From Vitrella brassicaformis CCMP3155 (lineage: Eukaryota; Protista; Chromerida): DNA of 64,000 bases. Shown in pieces: positions 44,101 to 57,894 of the stretch (its first letter is position 1; every line of letters starts with the position of its first letter). Position numbers and translations under genes: made by a program. The stretch covers positions 1 through 64,000 of the forward strand of contig CDMY01000500.1 of NCBI GenBank assembly GCA_001179505.1. The letters run 5' to 3'. The notes below the pieces were generated by a model. It saw only the letters and a list, made by a program, of their open reading frames with translations. It was not told where the DNA came from and did not search any database.

Positions 44101-47100
44101 CGCCGATGCATCGGCCGCCATGGCTTACCTGCAGTCACAGCAGCCGCCGCACCACCCTGCCCACCCAGCGGCAGGCGTGATGCCCCTGGTCACAGCCCCG
44201 CCCATCATGGCGATTCCCCAGGCGGTCATTCCGCCCATTCAGCAGCTGCAGCAGCCTCCGCCACAGCCACAGCCACAGCCGGTCGATCAGCCATCGGCTC
44301 TCGCTGCGGCTGCGGCATCTGCTGGTGCTGAGGAGGGGGCAGGGCGGAAGAAGAAAAAGAAGATCACCAACGCGGCGCTGCCGGCAGGCAAGACTGCCCC
44401 CACAGAGAAGGAGGGCGTCAAAGCGGTTGAAGACCAGACAGACGAGGTGAGACAAAAGGATATGGATGCACCCACCGACCTTTGGAGTGTATCTATTCCT
44501 CTGCTCTGTATGTCCTTCCTTCGAGCTGTCCTGTCAGGCGTCCCTGGCCCCGCCGTCCGGCCCCCCCACAGAACCCACCTCCCCAGCCCCCAAGCCCGAC
44601 GAGGCCCCCACCGAGCCATCCCCCACCCCACCACCCCTTCCCCCCACACAGGCCCCAGAGGCACCCCCCGCTGCACCCTCAGAGCCGCCTGCCCCGCCAC
44701 CCACGGCAGCAGGACCTCCTGCGCCACCAGCTGCGGCGGCTGCTGAAGGCGACACAGTCACTGACATAGAGGACCTCAAGCCGAGAGAGCGGCCAGAGGA
44801 GCCACACGTGGCAGACGAGACAAGGGAGGATGCAGCAGCAGCAGCAGCAACAGCAGCGGGAGAGCAGGAGCAGCCACCGACTGCACCAGCAGCAGCAGCG
44901 GCCGAGGAGCCTTCAAAAGAGGTTGCTGCTGAGGAGGGTGAGGCCGAAGTTGAGGAGGAGGAGGGTGAGCGTGAGCGTCGGCAGGAGGGTGATGAGGCGG
45001 CTGTGCCGATGGCTTTGCCGGTGTCTGTGCGCGAGAGCCCGTCCAAGCCGGGCGTGGTGGTGGTCCAGGGCAAGAAGCCCCCGCCGACCCCCACAAAGAC
45101 GTCGTGGAAGGAGAAGGAGGGCGACCTCGACAAGGACCCCTTCGCCGCACCCAAACCAGGTCAGTCAGTCACTGAATCAATCCAACCAATGGGGCGACGA
45201 ACGACCGAACCAAGGAAGAATGAGCCGCCCACCGGTCTGTGTTTATTGCATTGCAGGTTCAGCCGCGGCAGCTGCTGGTGAGATGGAGGAGCCCGGGGCG
45301 CCCGAGGTTGAGGGCCAGGAGGAGGAGGGCCCACCGGAGGGGGAGGAGCCACCGCTAGATGAGGAGGAAGAGGTCAGCGGGCGGGGAAATGAACGCTGCA
45401 CTGCACTGTACTGCACTTCATTGCCTGTCTGTCTGTCTGTCTGTCATTGCGTGTGTGCATCAGAATCCCGACAATTGGGAGGACATGGCTGAGGCGAGAG
45501 TGAGCCAGCCACCCACCATTGTCCGCAGACAACAGCTTGCAGACGACGTACGCTGTCACACACACACAACACACACACACACACACACATCGACAGCCGT
45601 CAGCTCAGCTCGTGTGCCATTTATTATGTGTTATGCAGGATACCTCCCGCCGCGTGTACTCCCGAGACAGACTACTCGCCTACAAGCCGCCGGTAGTAAG
45701 CCACCAGAGCCCCCACCCCACACAGAGAGACTGACAAGCCAAGCCATGTGCCAGGGTGCATAGCATCGGTGCTCTCTCTGTGTGCAGGTGAGCGACGAGC
45801 CGCCCGAGGAGGTGGCCAATCTGCGGGATGCGGCCGTGGAGCGGCAGCCAGGAGGCGCCTTCGACTCCAGGCCTGGGTTCCGGGGCGGCTTCGGCTCACG
45901 GGCGACAAAGAAGCTGTAAGTGCCACATCGCGTCGCATCAATCAAACAAGAGAGAGCACCATTCACGAATTAATGAATGGGGAGATGTGTGTGTCGCATC
46001 GCTTTGTGTGTCAGCGGCGAGCCTCCCGGCCGCTTCGGCGTCAGTCTGCGGCCTGGCGGAGGGGGAGGACTGCCATCTACTGTCCCGGTGCGTCTGTCTG
46101 TCTGTCTGTCTGCAAACGCCGACACACATGCACTGATTCTTTGCACCTTTGCTTGCTGCAGAAGTTTGGCCAGGACTTCAAGCCGTCGACAGCCCGGCTG
46201 GACAGCTACCCCAAGAAGTCCCCTCCGAGCGACCGGCGGGCGCCCCCCTACGGGGGCTACGGCGGCTACGGCGGCGGGGGCGGGTACAGCTACGCATCAC
46301 CTCCCGGCTCATTCGGCAGGGGTCAGTGCAATATTCATTGTACAAGGATGGATGGATGGACGGATGGCTTTGTGTGTATGTGGCTGGCAGCGCCCCCCCC
46401 TGGAGCGGACGGTGGGTACGTTCCAGTGCCGAAGCCGAGTGCCAACGCGTACCGTGTGACGAAGCCGACGGAGAGGAACCAGGTCATCGAGCGGGACGCC
46501 AAGAGCAAACTCAACAAGCTCACCATCGAGAAATTCGAAGTCATCGCCGAAAAACTTGGTGGGTGGGTAGCTCAGCTCGGTGGCACTCACGGGGAGGGAG
46601 GGAGGGAGGGAGGGAGGGGGGCCACGCTTCGTCACGTGTGTGCCTTGTCCGTGTGTGTGTGCGCGTGCAGCCCAACAAGGCGAGCAGCTGCAGAGTGAAG
46701 AGGAGCTCGACCTGTTTGTCGCTATCGTTTTCGAAAAGGTCACTCACACCCATATCCCCACCCTCCCCACCCTCCCCCACGCATTGGAGCATTGGATGGA
46801 TCCATGTCTGTCTGTCTGTCTGTCTTGTCTGTGGTGTGTCTGGTGTGTGGTGTGGTGCAACGCATGAATGAATGAAGGCTGTGTCCGAGCCCAACTTCAG
46901 CGAGATGTACGCTGACCTCTGCCAGATCCTCCGCTGGCGGTCACCCGAGTTCCCACACGAGAAGGAGAAGGGCAAGACCTTCTACAGGGCGCTCCTCAAC
47001 AAGTGCCAGGAGGAATTCGAAAAGTGGGCGGGGCGACCGAAGCACTCACACAACAGACACACACAACTTTGATCATTCCTGTGTGTGTGCGTGTGTAAAC

Positions 47101-50100
47101 AACCAGGCTGCCCGAGACCAAGATGACGCTGAGCGACGAGGACAAGGCGAAGCTCTCGTCCGACGACCAGGAGATCAAGCTCAAGAAACTCAAGGACCGA
47201 ATACTAGGAAGTGAGCACCTCCAATCCACTCACGACACTCTCTCTGCTATGCCTCTGTGTGTGTGTGTGTGTGTAGACATCAAGTTCATCGGGGAGCTGT
47301 TCCTGCGTCGGTTGCTGTCGGCCAAGGTCGTCAAGGAGGTCGTCACCTCACTCATCGGCGCGGACGCCTCCTACTCGCCAGAGGAGCTCTTCATCGAATG
47401 CCTTTGCAAGCTCATCACGACCATCGGTCGGTACTCTTAACTAACACACAGAGGGAGAGAGAGGGAGGGAGGGAGGGAGGGAGAGGACAGGCAGACAGAC
47501 AGGCAGACAGCCGAGGTGCGGTCGCTATGGCTTCAGGATCGACGCTCGAGTCCACTGACGCCGGCAAGCAGCTGCTGACGCACTTCAGCAGCCGAATGAA
47601 GGAGCTCAAGGCCCAGGACAAGTACTCCAAGCGGATCAAATTCGCACTACAGGTACGCACCTGGGCACGAGGGCATGTCCATTTGTCGGTCTCTCCCTCC
47701 CTCACGCCATCGTGTGTGTGTCTGCGCAGGACGTATTGGATTTGCGTCAGAACGACTGGCGGCAGAAGGTGCACAAGGAGAAGGCAAAGTCGCTCAGGGA
47801 CATCAGAAAGGACGTGAGCACACTCCCCTTCCCCCCCACACACATCGCACACAGAGGCAGCAAAGCTCATACGCCGTTTGTTTGTCAGGTCGAGAGGGAG
47901 GAGGCCATGGGCGGTGCCATCCACGCGGCGCAGCAAGGCACCTTCCAGTTCGTCGGCAGAAAGACCGACGTACGCACGCACACCATTACACACACACCAA
48001 CCAAACACACTTTGACGCATCCACCATGTCTTTTGGTTGGTCGGTTCATCCATCCTTCAGACGATCTACGCGTCCTATATGGACAAGCAGCGCGAGGCGT
48101 TCGACTCCAAGGAGAAGGCCAAGAAGGAGAAGTCCCAGACCAGCACGCCCACACAACAACCGGCCGCACCGTAAGCAAGCTGAGCTAAACGACACACACC
48201 TAGAAAACGTCCCTCTGATGACCGTCCTTGCCCTGCTGTGCTGTCCTCTCTGTGTGTGTGCGTGTGTGTGTGTGTGTGATGATGATGATGATGCACACAG
48301 CATTCGTGTGGTGCACATGACCAGTGCCGGCACCCACGCCGGCCCGCTGGCGCCCATTCGCGAGAGGGAGAGCAGGGCCGAGAGACACGCCGCACAACCA
48401 GCACCACTCGACGGTACGCCACACACACACACAGAAGACCATCCCCTCACACGCACGACATCCATCCATCCATCCACGTGCAGTGCGTCGCGACGCGGAC
48501 CGTTCAGCGCCCCCCACTCCCGCGACGCCCACTTCTCTGGGCTTCGCGGCGCCGACCAGCCCGCCCGAGGGTTCCCCCGGTGTGCCGCCCAAGCAGGAGA
48601 GCGAGGGCGACGAGTTCGTGCTGCGGGACGACGTCAAGCGGGTCGTGTCGGACTATGACACTCACTACTGGGAGTGAGTGGGCAGCATAGCAACCGGCTG
48701 GCGATTGTGACTGTTGAGTGCACTGGTTGCGTTGTGTGTCGTTGGCTGTTGGTTTAGGCGCACGGTGCATGAGTGGAAGGCTCTCGGACTTGACGAGGAG
48801 ACTCACCGGACCCAGCTCATGGCGGTCAGAGAGACTGACACAACTCCACTCGGATCACTGCTCTGTGTGTGTGCCTTGCACAACTGTCTGTCTGTCTGTC
48901 CCTCTCTCTGTGTGTGACTTGTCTTGTATCGTGTGCAGATCTTTTCGCAGGGCCTGGAGGACGTCAAGAAGTGCCAGCAGAACGCCGACTTGCTGGTCCT
49001 GCTCGCATCCGAGGGCGTGGCCTCCTTCGCCGACATCGTCAACATGTCCGCCCGCACCGCATCACTCACGCACACAGACGACAGACGGCCGGACGGACAC
49101 ATCCTTCTGTGTGTGTGTCTCCCTCGGTGGTGCAGGTGGAACCACTTTGTGGAGCTGGGCGAGGACGTGGGCGAGGACGGCGAGCGGCGAAGCTCGCTCG
49201 ACGACTACTGCCTCGACAACCCCAAGGCCACACACATGTACGCTGAGATCCTCTACCAGACCCTCAAGGAGGCCTTCCGTAAGCCAAGCCACAAACACAC
49301 AGCACAGACAGGGTCCTCACCCACACAACACAACACAACACACGTGTGCTGTGTGTGTTGTGTCCATAACGGGTGTGTGTCAGGCAATACGCCGGGTGTT
49401 GACGAGGCCTTCTTCGCCAGCCTCAACTCGCCCAACTCGCCAGAGAATGAGCATCGCGTCAACGAGGTACGATACGGTGCATCGTTAGGCAGTCTGGCTG
49501 CACCCGGCCGCCCATCCTTCGGTGTCTGTGGCGGGGCGGGCTGTGTGCAGATCCTCCGACAGGTGTGTGGCACTTGCTTCAAGAGGCCCGTCCGCTGGCT
49601 CCTCGCCATCAGGAAGCTCCGGGCGTTCCTCAACAAAAACGACACCAGGGACCTCAGCGACATTCAACAGGTCTGCTCATCATTCACCAACACGCACACG
49701 CCCACACACACACGCGCATATTCTCTCCCTCCCTGTCCCATTCAGGATCTTCTCGGCCCCTACGCGCCGTTCGTGTCGGCTCTGCGGAGTCAGCTGGAGC
49801 AGGGGCCCATCGGCAGGCCGCAGCTCGAGGATCTGCTGACCCGGGCGCACGACCTGGTCGGCGAGTTCGACGACTACGGCACCCTCGTGTTGGCGGAGCT
49901 CCATGCAGCGGCAGAGACCAAGCAGGAGCCGTGGAAAAGCGCCCTCGAGCAATGTCAGTCAGAAGACAGAGACAGAGAGAGAGAGAGAGAGAGAGAGGCC
50001 AGAGAGGCCGGCCAGCGATTGCCAGTGGTTGCATGTGTGTGTGTGTGTGTATCGTCTGTCAGCTCGCGATGCGTTGGACTCTCTGTTGGGTCCGTCTGCC

Positions 50101-50381
50101 ATCGGCGCGGTGCCGAGCCTCAGCCGCACGGCCAAGGAGAAACTCATCGAGGACTTTGGCAGGGACTACGTCATATCCCGACATGGTACGGTCAGACAGA
50201 CAGTCAGGCCGCACACGCAAAGCAAAGCCGGTGTGTATGCTCATGTGCTTCTGGCGTGTGTGTGCGTGCGTGCGTGTGTGTGTGTGCAGACGAAAGTGTG
50301 CTGGCGTCGATGTTGCAGGAGTGGGGCTTCATGGGCGAGGGCGACGCGGCTGCCGAGGACTCGACAGCAGGAGATGCTTAA
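40480..50381 (+). CDS. EIF4G: Eukaryotic translation initiation factor 4G: long Pro/Gln-rich N-terminus, eIF4E-binding motif, MIF4G and C-terminal HEAT (MA3-like) region
   Basis: YSRDRLL (YxxxxLphi) at 45657-45677; MIF4G KSKLNKLTIEKFE...FEK|AVSEPNFSEMYADLC...LLNKCQEEFE...IKFIGELF...IECLCKLITTIG...LDLRQNDW; REKRILEIRDP resembles the eIF4G PABP-binding segment. The exact start codon is uncertain (40480 or ~40712). Confidence 0.92.
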
Positions 50382-51921
50382 ACCAAACCAACAGTAATGG
50401 AGCACTCACACACAAGGGGGCGCTCCGATTTTTCGTGACGACGAGCAGACAGACAGACAGACAGAGTGCTGTGTGCGGGCGAATGAGTGAGGGAGGGCTG
50501 TGAGAGAGAGAGGGCTGTGTTGTTTGTTTATCGCACGCTGCTGCTCAGTCCATCCGTCGGTCAGGTGGTTCGGTCAGTGTGTGCTTGGTTTAATGTTTGT
50601 GGGCTTCTGTGTGTTTGTCTGTCTGTCTGTCTGTCTCTCTCTAGCTACCTAGGGTGGCACCACACACACATCCAAGACCAGACCTCACTCAGCACACATG
50701 GGGAGGGAGGGTGATTCCAGAATGAGTCTTGGTGCGTGTGCGACTCTTTCTCTTTGCCGCTCTGCCCCGGCCGCTGTTTGTTTGTCTGTCTGTCTGTCTG
50801 TCTCTCTGTCTCTCTGTCTCTCTGTCTGTCTGTCTGTCTGTCTGTCGCGCTGAGCGATGCGACGCGATGCGAGGCGTGTGTGTGCGGCCCTTTTTTTCCT
50901 CAAGTGGCAGGGCAGGCAGACACAGGCAGTCAGTCCATGTGAGCGGGTTCTATCTATCCACCGGACGGTGACGTGACTTTTGGCTTCGCTTCGCTTCTCT
51001 TCTCTCTGTGCGTGGGGCTTTCAACAGGGCGGGCGGCATCCATCCATCCATCCATAACCAACCAGCACACCCGCGCACATCCATTATATGCAAGAAACAC
51101 ACGGGAAGGCAGGCAGGCAGGCAGGCGGCCCTTGGTCGTCTGTGGCTCTTGGGGGAGAGACGCAGACCGACTGAAGGTGCTGTTGGCACAACCAAGGCAG
51201 CCCTTTCGCCTCGCTCAGCGGCGACCTACCTCCATGTGGGTGGTGCATACGCTGTAGGTGGGTCAAGGGGGGCGGGTGTTGTGTCTTGCAGCGGGGAGCG
51301 GGTCGGGTGGATGGGATGGGGTGAAATGGGTTGGAATGGGAGTGGGGTGTTTTGCAGTCTTTTTCTTTCCCTGAGAGTGAGGGACACCGGATGGATGGAT
51401 GGATGGTCGGTTGCCCGCCTGCTGAGTGTTTCCGTCAGCCTGCCTGCCGCCCTCCCTCCCTCCCCGCCTGTCGGTCTGTCTGTCTGTGCATGCAGCCCGC
51501 CTGCCTACCTGCTGACTGAGGTGAGTGAGAGCGTGGCCGGCTGGCTCATTCAGCGAGGTTGCAGACATGTGAGTGTGTGTGTGTGTGTTGAAGAGGAGTG
51601 TCTGAATGCTGCCCGCCCGATTCATCGACTGACTGACTGAATGAATGTCTGGCTGTCTGCCTGCTTGTGGGGATGGCTTGCTTGAGAGTCTCGTCTGCAT
51701 GACCTGAGTGTGTGTCCGTGTGTCCGTGTGTGCGTTGAGATGCCTGCCTGCCTCCGATGGATGGATGGATGAGAACTGACTGACCTGCAATTTAAGTCGA
51801 GCTATTATCACACGCACACACACACACACACACACACGCAGGCACGACACTACTCAACCTCCCCACCTCACTCACAAGCAGTCAGCTGCTTATCAACAGT
51901 CCTTTCTGCCACATCAGTCAG

Positions 51922-52645
51922 TCAGTCAACTCGGCCTCTCCTTTTCTTCCGCAGCTGATAGATATGCACAAAGCCGCTCCCCCCTCTCCTGACATACACC
52001 CGCTTGACGCCGAACCTCTCGCCAGCCACGCTCAGAAACGCCGCGTACGTCACATCACAGCGTATCTCAAACGCCACGAGGATCTCTGTCGCTGCGTCTG
52101 ACAGCGCGTCGAGGCTGTCAATCAGCGGCCGCACCAAGTCGAGGCGGAAGACCACATCGGCCCCAAGGATGAGGTCAAACGGCGCCACTGAGGACAGCTC
52201 TGGCCGCGGTGGCAAATCTCTCCAGTCGAAGGCAAATATGCTCACTTGTGTGTCAGGGTGCAGAGTGTCCCGGTTCAGTGAGACGTTCTGGGTGAGCAAG
52301 GGAACAATACCTGACCACGTCGCGTCGCAAGCAGAGAAAATGATCCATCATGCGCAGAGGACACGGATCTCTGTATCAGGCACCTGGCAGATCAGTCAGG
52401 ACGAGTGCCGCCGGTGGCTGGCCCACCGTCGCAGACGCAATCCCAGCGAGGCCGCACCCCGCGCCCAGCTCCAGCACTCTCCCGCGCTTCCTTAGAGCCC
52501 GCAACGTCGTCCTCTGCTGCTCCAGATACCTGGCCAGATCTCGTGCCGAATCCCACACATGGACGCCCGTCCCGAGATTTTCGGCTTCATCAGGCCTTGG
52601 ACACAGCGTCAGACGGTGCCCAGCCACCTCAAATCCCTCCTCCAT
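51922..52645 (-). CDS. SAM-dependent protein lysine methyltransferase, METTL21/Methyltransf_16 family
   Basis: TGVHVWDSARDLARYL; VLELGAGCGLAG; LTDLP|GIVPLLTQNVSLN; FDW; FDLILGADVVF; one intron (~52313-52382). Confidence 0.9.
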
Positions 52646-53101
52646 TGTAGATGCGCGCTTCGGAGAGGCGAGCTTTTCCGCAAGCTCAAGAGGGAGAGGA
52701 CGGTGATTTGTATGAGGGCGGAGGCGTGCCCGCCGTCAGAAGGAGGAGTTGAAGGTATAGCTTTGCTAGAGGGGGGGCTGAGAGGACGGCCGAAGGACTC
52801 GACCAGCTTCGCCGGCGCTCTGGGCAAGGCCGTCGGAGCTATGACCAATCGGTGAGGCACTGGCGAAGCCGGGGAAGCCGGCGACACGACGGAGTGGCTC
52901 CTTATGGCGGTCTGTCAGGGTATACGGTCACATGTGGCTGTGCTGTTTGCTCTGTGTGCCTGCAGGAAGCAGAGAACAAAGGATTCTGCTGACAAGAAGG
53001 AACAGCGACAGTCGGTGAGTGAGTGGCCATGTCAATCATTCTAGAAAAGTCGTCGGATACCTCCGACACCCTTCGCCCGGCATGTCTGTCTCGTCTGCCA
53101 G

Positions 53102-54247
53102 GACACGGGAGACCCACCCACTCTGCCTTTGAAGGGCGTTGGTGGTTCGCAGAAGGCCTCCGGCGTCAGTAGCAGCTGCGGGATGTCCCCCCCGACGGCC
53201 AGCGAGGCGTGTGTGGACAACCAGGACAGTCTCAGCACCGAGTGCGACTCTGACGGGGCGTGCTCGAGCCACAGCCAGACCACCACCAACACACACGGCC
53301 GCTCCGGGAACGGGCTGGACGACCGCTCCCTGACGGCATCACCCATTCGCGACCCCCTCCAGGCACCCACTACGGACAGCTGCAAGCCGGCCGGCGCGGG
53401 CGGCGGAGGCGGCGAGATTTTGGACCAGGATGCGGACGGACCGAGCTCGTCTTCGTGCTCATCCACGGCCGCGTCGCGTCGCTCGCGTCACTCGCTGTCG
53501 CAGCACTTTTTGCTGAACTGCAAGGGGGTGGGGCTGGGCATGGGCGAGTTGGGGGACATCCAGGCCGACGGGCGGGACGAGGACGGCGGTACCAGCTCGG
53601 GCGACGACGGACACGGTGGTGCCGTGGGTGGGGCCTCCTTCCCTCTCACACCGTCGGGTGGCAATGGGTCCGTCAAGACGGCACAGCAGGGCGTGCAGGC
53701 CACCGCCCCTTTGGCGGGTGCGGCCGGTCGCAAAGGCAAGGAGGGCGGGGGAGGGGGCAAGGGCGGGAGCGGCAAGGGAGACGAGGGCGATGACAAGGGC
53801 GGCGGCACCAGCACTAGCGCATCTGCGTCCGCGTCGGCATCAGCGGCGGCCACCAAGGGCGGCGGTGCCAGTGTGGCCAACATGCAGATCAAGACCAACC
53901 ACGCCGCCAACGCCAACCCTTCGCTCGGTGCCAGTGCCAGCGCATCGGCCTCTGCGGCGGCTGCAGCTGCCGCCGCCATGCCACCGCCCCGCGCCACCCG
54001 CCTCACCGAGCCAGATTACCGCCGCATCACCTACTACTCCAACCGTGTCAAGACTGCACTCGGCCGCGTGCTGGCCCACCAGGCCACGCTCCGGGCTGGC
54101 GCCCAGACGGGAGGAGGAGGAGGAGGAGGCGGCGGGGAGGAGGGCGGCGGCGGGGCCAGTGCGGCTGCCGCTGCCCCTGCTGGTGGTGGTGGTGGCGATT
54201 GTGGAGGAAAGGGCAAGGGGGGCAAGGCCAAGAAGGGGGACAAGTGA
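53102..54247 (+). CDS. Low-complexity Gly/Ala/Ser-rich hypothetical protein with one short ordered motif; upstream exons likely at ~52.9-53.0 kb
   Basis: 372-aa ORF; the only complex segment is TRLTEPDYRRITYYSNRVKTALGRVLAHQ. Confidence 0.55.
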   Translation, partial: DTGDPPTLPLKGVGGSQKASGVSSSCGMSPPTASEACVDNQDSLSTECDSDGACSSHSQTTTNTHGRSGNGLDDRSLTASPIRDPLQAPTTDSCKPAGAGGGGGEILDQDADGPSSSSCSSTAASRRSRHSLSQHFLLNCKGVGLGMGELGDIQADGRDEDGGTSSGDDGHGGAVGGASFPLTPSGGNGSVKTAQQGVQATAPLAGAAGRKGKEGGGGGKGGSGKGDEGDDKGGGTSTSASASASASAAATKGGGASVANMQIKTNHAANANPSLGASASASASAAAAAAAAMPPPRATRLTEPDYRRITYYSNRVKTALGRVLAHQATLRAGAQTGGGGGGGGGEEGGGGASAAAAAPAGGGGGDCGGKGKGGKAKKGDK

Positions 54248-54249
54248 AG

Positions 54250-57200
54250 GTAGGTGAGCAAAGTCATCTCTTGCCACCCGCGAGTTACACACACTGGACA
54301 GACAGACCGATACGATACGTGTGTTGTGTTGTGTTCAATGTCAGGTTGTTTCCTCGCGCGTCCGCCTGATTTGCCGGTTCCGTTCGTGTGGTTAACGCCA
54401 CTGATGGATGGATCTCCCCCACTCTCTCCCCCCCTCTCTCCCTCTGCATCTCTCTCTGCCTGCCTGCCTGCCTGCCTGTCGTGTGTGTGTGCGGTGATAC
54501 ACCGCACCCACCGCGACCACCATCGTAGCCTGTAGTAACGACCGGACTGTCGACCGAACGGCTGGCGTGCGTGTTGTTGTGTTGTTTGCGTGGATGTGTA
54601 CGTGCCTGCCTGCCTGCCTGCCTGCCTCCCCCCTCTTGCCCATCCAATCCATCGTGTGTGTGCGTAATCCTCTCCTCTCTCGCCGCCTGGTGCCTGCCTG
54701 CCTGCCTGCCTGTCTCCTAGCTGATACGGACGGATGGCGGGTGTGTTGGCGGGCAGAGAGGGGGGCGGGGCGGCATGCGTGAGTACTTGAGGGTCGGAGA
54801 GGGGAGGGGGAAAAGGTGGGTTGGCGGGGCTGCTGTGATATGGCGTGGAGTGGCTCTCGTACTCTCGTTGTGTATGTGGGTATGTATGCGGCTATGTGGG
54901 GGGGTGAGTGAGTGGTGTCTGGCTGCAACTTTCTGCCTGTGTGTCGTCCCTCCCTCCCTACGGCAACACTGCCTACCTTCCACTTCTCTGCCTGTCTGTC
55001 TGTCCGTCTGCGTGTCGTGTCCATGCGCCACTTTCGCCCTTTTTGTGGCGAGGACACCCATCTGGACGCGCCCACGGGACGGACGGACGAACGGACACAC
55101 ACGGTGGTTCCTCTAGTTTCACAAACAGCACAGCAGAGAGAGGGGGCGGCACACACGGTGAGGTATTTCTTTGAAGCATGGCTGTGCCTGGCTGGCTGGC
55201 TGGCTGCTGTGTTACGGAAATGAGAGGGTCTGTCGGGTGTTTGGCCGGGTGTGGTGGCTGACGGATGGATGGATGGATGGACGGAAGTGATTTGATTTTG
55301 TTGAGAGAGAGGCACACGAAGAACAGACAGACAGACGGGGAGGGAGGAGGGCGGAAGTGACACACACCAACAAAGACACCCCACCCCCCACACCCACTCG
55401 CACACACACACCACCGACCAGGAGGTAGCTGCGTCCTCTGTCTCTGCAACACATACGGTCTCTCTCTTGGCGGCGTGTGTGGGTGTGTGGGTGTGTTCGT
55501 GTGGTGTGGTGGCTGCGGTGCCTAAGTGGGTGGCCTGGCTGGCTGAGTGGGCGGCGAAGAAAGGAAGAACGAAGGAAGGAACGGTTTCATCGCAGCCAGA
55601 CCTCTCTCCCTCTCTCCTTTCCTCTCTCTCTCCCTCTCTCTCTCTCTCTCTCCCGCGGTTGCTGGTGCCTGACTGCATGGGGCGGGTGGGGTGGGTGCAT
55701 GCCAACGTATGTGGGCGTGTGCGTGGATGCATCGGACGGACGGACGGACACGGACACAAACACTACACAGGGGTTCGTCGGGTGGTTAACACCTACCTGC
55801 CATTATTCTTCATCTTCTCGTGAGCCGACGGAGTCAATGCGTGGATAAAGAGAGCAACCACTTCTGGCAGACAGACAGACAGACAGACAGGAGGGAGATA
55901 GGTGGGTGACCTGAGCTGACGAGAAGAGGGAGCGAGCAACCACCACCACTCGCCCCGGCATCTACAGTTTTGCGGAGAGAGGCCGAGAAGGGGAGGGACC
56001 TGACTGACTGACTGACTGTCCGTGTGTGTGTGTGTGTGTCTGTACACTATAGGCGAGCGCTGCATGACACCCATCTGCCCGTCTTGATCACGGAATGGAA
56101 TGATGCAATATTGGTGTCCAGTGTGTCTGTCGCGGCTCCCCGCAACACGTGCCTTCCACGCCGGCGAGGGCATTGAGGCTCCAGGCCAACAAAAGGCCTG
56201 GAGAGACCTTGCCTTGTCTCGTTGGAAGGCATGTGGCAGGGGGATCGTGACGCGTCCACACTAGCCTAACCGTCCGTACTCACCGCGCACAATCTGTCTG
56301 TCTGGCACAGATTTTTTGTTCCAAGAGCAGAAACAGGTCACATGGTCCTCTCTCTCTGTCTCTGCCTCTCCCTCCCTCCCTCCCTCCCTCCCTCCATCTG
56401 TCTTTCTGCTTCCTTGCGCTTGTCTAGCGGCTTTGCGAGAGCGTTTGGGCGTGGGCGTGAGGGTGTGGCTGTGTGGTTGACTGGCTGGCTGCATGCCTGG
56501 CTGGCTAGTTGACCCCATGGATGGATGGACAATCGACGACAGACACTACATCACATCGGTTTCAAGCCATACGTACGATACGAGTGTACACGCCTACCTG
56601 CGGCAGGCAGGCTGGTGAGCAGTGGGTGGCCTAGAGCTTTCAACGGCCGGCCGTCCGCCTTCACGACACGAGTGAGTGACTAACTTAAGTACTTGACTAA
56701 CTGGCTGAGGGATACTGACTGACTAGGGAAAGTTAACTGACTGGGGAGGGAGGGAGGGTGAAGTCATGCTTCCTCTGGCAGACAAGATGGACGGGTGGGT
56801 GCCTGGGAGGGTGTGGTGGTGGTGCGGTCGCTGACTAATGCATGAATGCATGGAGCGATGGGATGGCTGGACATGTCTCCTCCCCCGCTCCCTGCCTGCC
56901 TCCCTGCATCGCACGGATGCCATCCGTAGTCACGCACACGGACGGGCGGCGTCGTGTGTGTATGACTGCAGCACTCATTATGTGCGGTGCGGGTGTGGAT
57001 GTACCCCTTGATTGATGGCTGGCTGGCTGGACTGGGCTTCTTTCTCGTGTGTGGTGTGAGTGAGTGACTGAGTGAGTTGATTCATGTGTGTGGACGACTC
57101 GGCCATACACTCCTTCGTTCGTAGTCAACTCAACCGGTGTTCTCATTCCCTTCTCGTAGACGGACTAGAAAAGTTCAGCCACCGACCCACCCGTCCCACA
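54250..57200. repeat. Microsatellite-rich intergenic/UTR region
   Basis: Dense (GT)n, (CT)n, (GCCT)n, (GACA)n and (GGAT)n tracts; ORFs here translate to CVCV/HTHT/QTDR junk. Confidence 0.7.
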
Positions 57201-57208
57201 CACGCTAT

Positions 57209-57894
57209 TCACTCCGTCACCACCAGCGTCCCCCCTGTCGGCTTTCCCGTGCTGCCGCTGCTGGTGGGTCCGGCGGCACTGCTGACGTGCTTCTGCACCA
57301 TCTGCAGCAGCTCAGCAATGTCCTCGGCAGAGAAACGCTCATACAAACTCTCAACCACCTGTGGAGAGAGAAGAAGCAACTCACGAGGCTTGATTGCCTG
57401 CCATGGCCGGTAGTTGCCTGGTTCCCCTCGAGATCTCCCCTCGCCCGCCCACCATTTGCAGCTCCACTTCTCTGGTCGGCGCGTGATTGATGATCTGCAG
57501 CACGTCCGCCTCGGCCAGGTCGAACCGCCCGATCAGCTCCCCTGTGAGCGCCTCGGCATCGCTCACACGGAAGCGGCCGCACGGCAGCCTCTCGATGTGG
57601 TCAACAACCTGCAAACAGAGCGCGGCATCACTCAATTGACCTGTGCGTGTGTGTGCCCTCATTGATCATTCATTCTGCCTCACTCACCCCCTGGTGCAGC
57701 GTCCTGGCCCTAAGTTCATCGTCGGAGATGTCAGCAAGGGTGGTGTGTGCGTCCGCGGCCTTGGCGAGGCTCTCGCGCAGCAGCTCTGCCACCTCGACGT
57801 TAGTCAGGTTGCCCGCGTTGCTGTCCACTCTGGGAGAGAGCAGAAAAAACCACAGACAAACACAGTGGATGTGTGGAACTTTGCGGATCTTCAT
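57209..57894 (-). CDS. RPC17: RNA polymerase III subunit RPC17/RPC9 (CRCP, Rpb4 family)
   Basis: MKI|VDSNAGNLTNVEVAELL...FDLAEADVLQIINHAPTREVELQM|VVESLYERFSAEDIAELL, matching the RPC17 N-terminal (N.a.L.N.EV..LL) and HRDC-like motifs. Confidence 0.85.
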
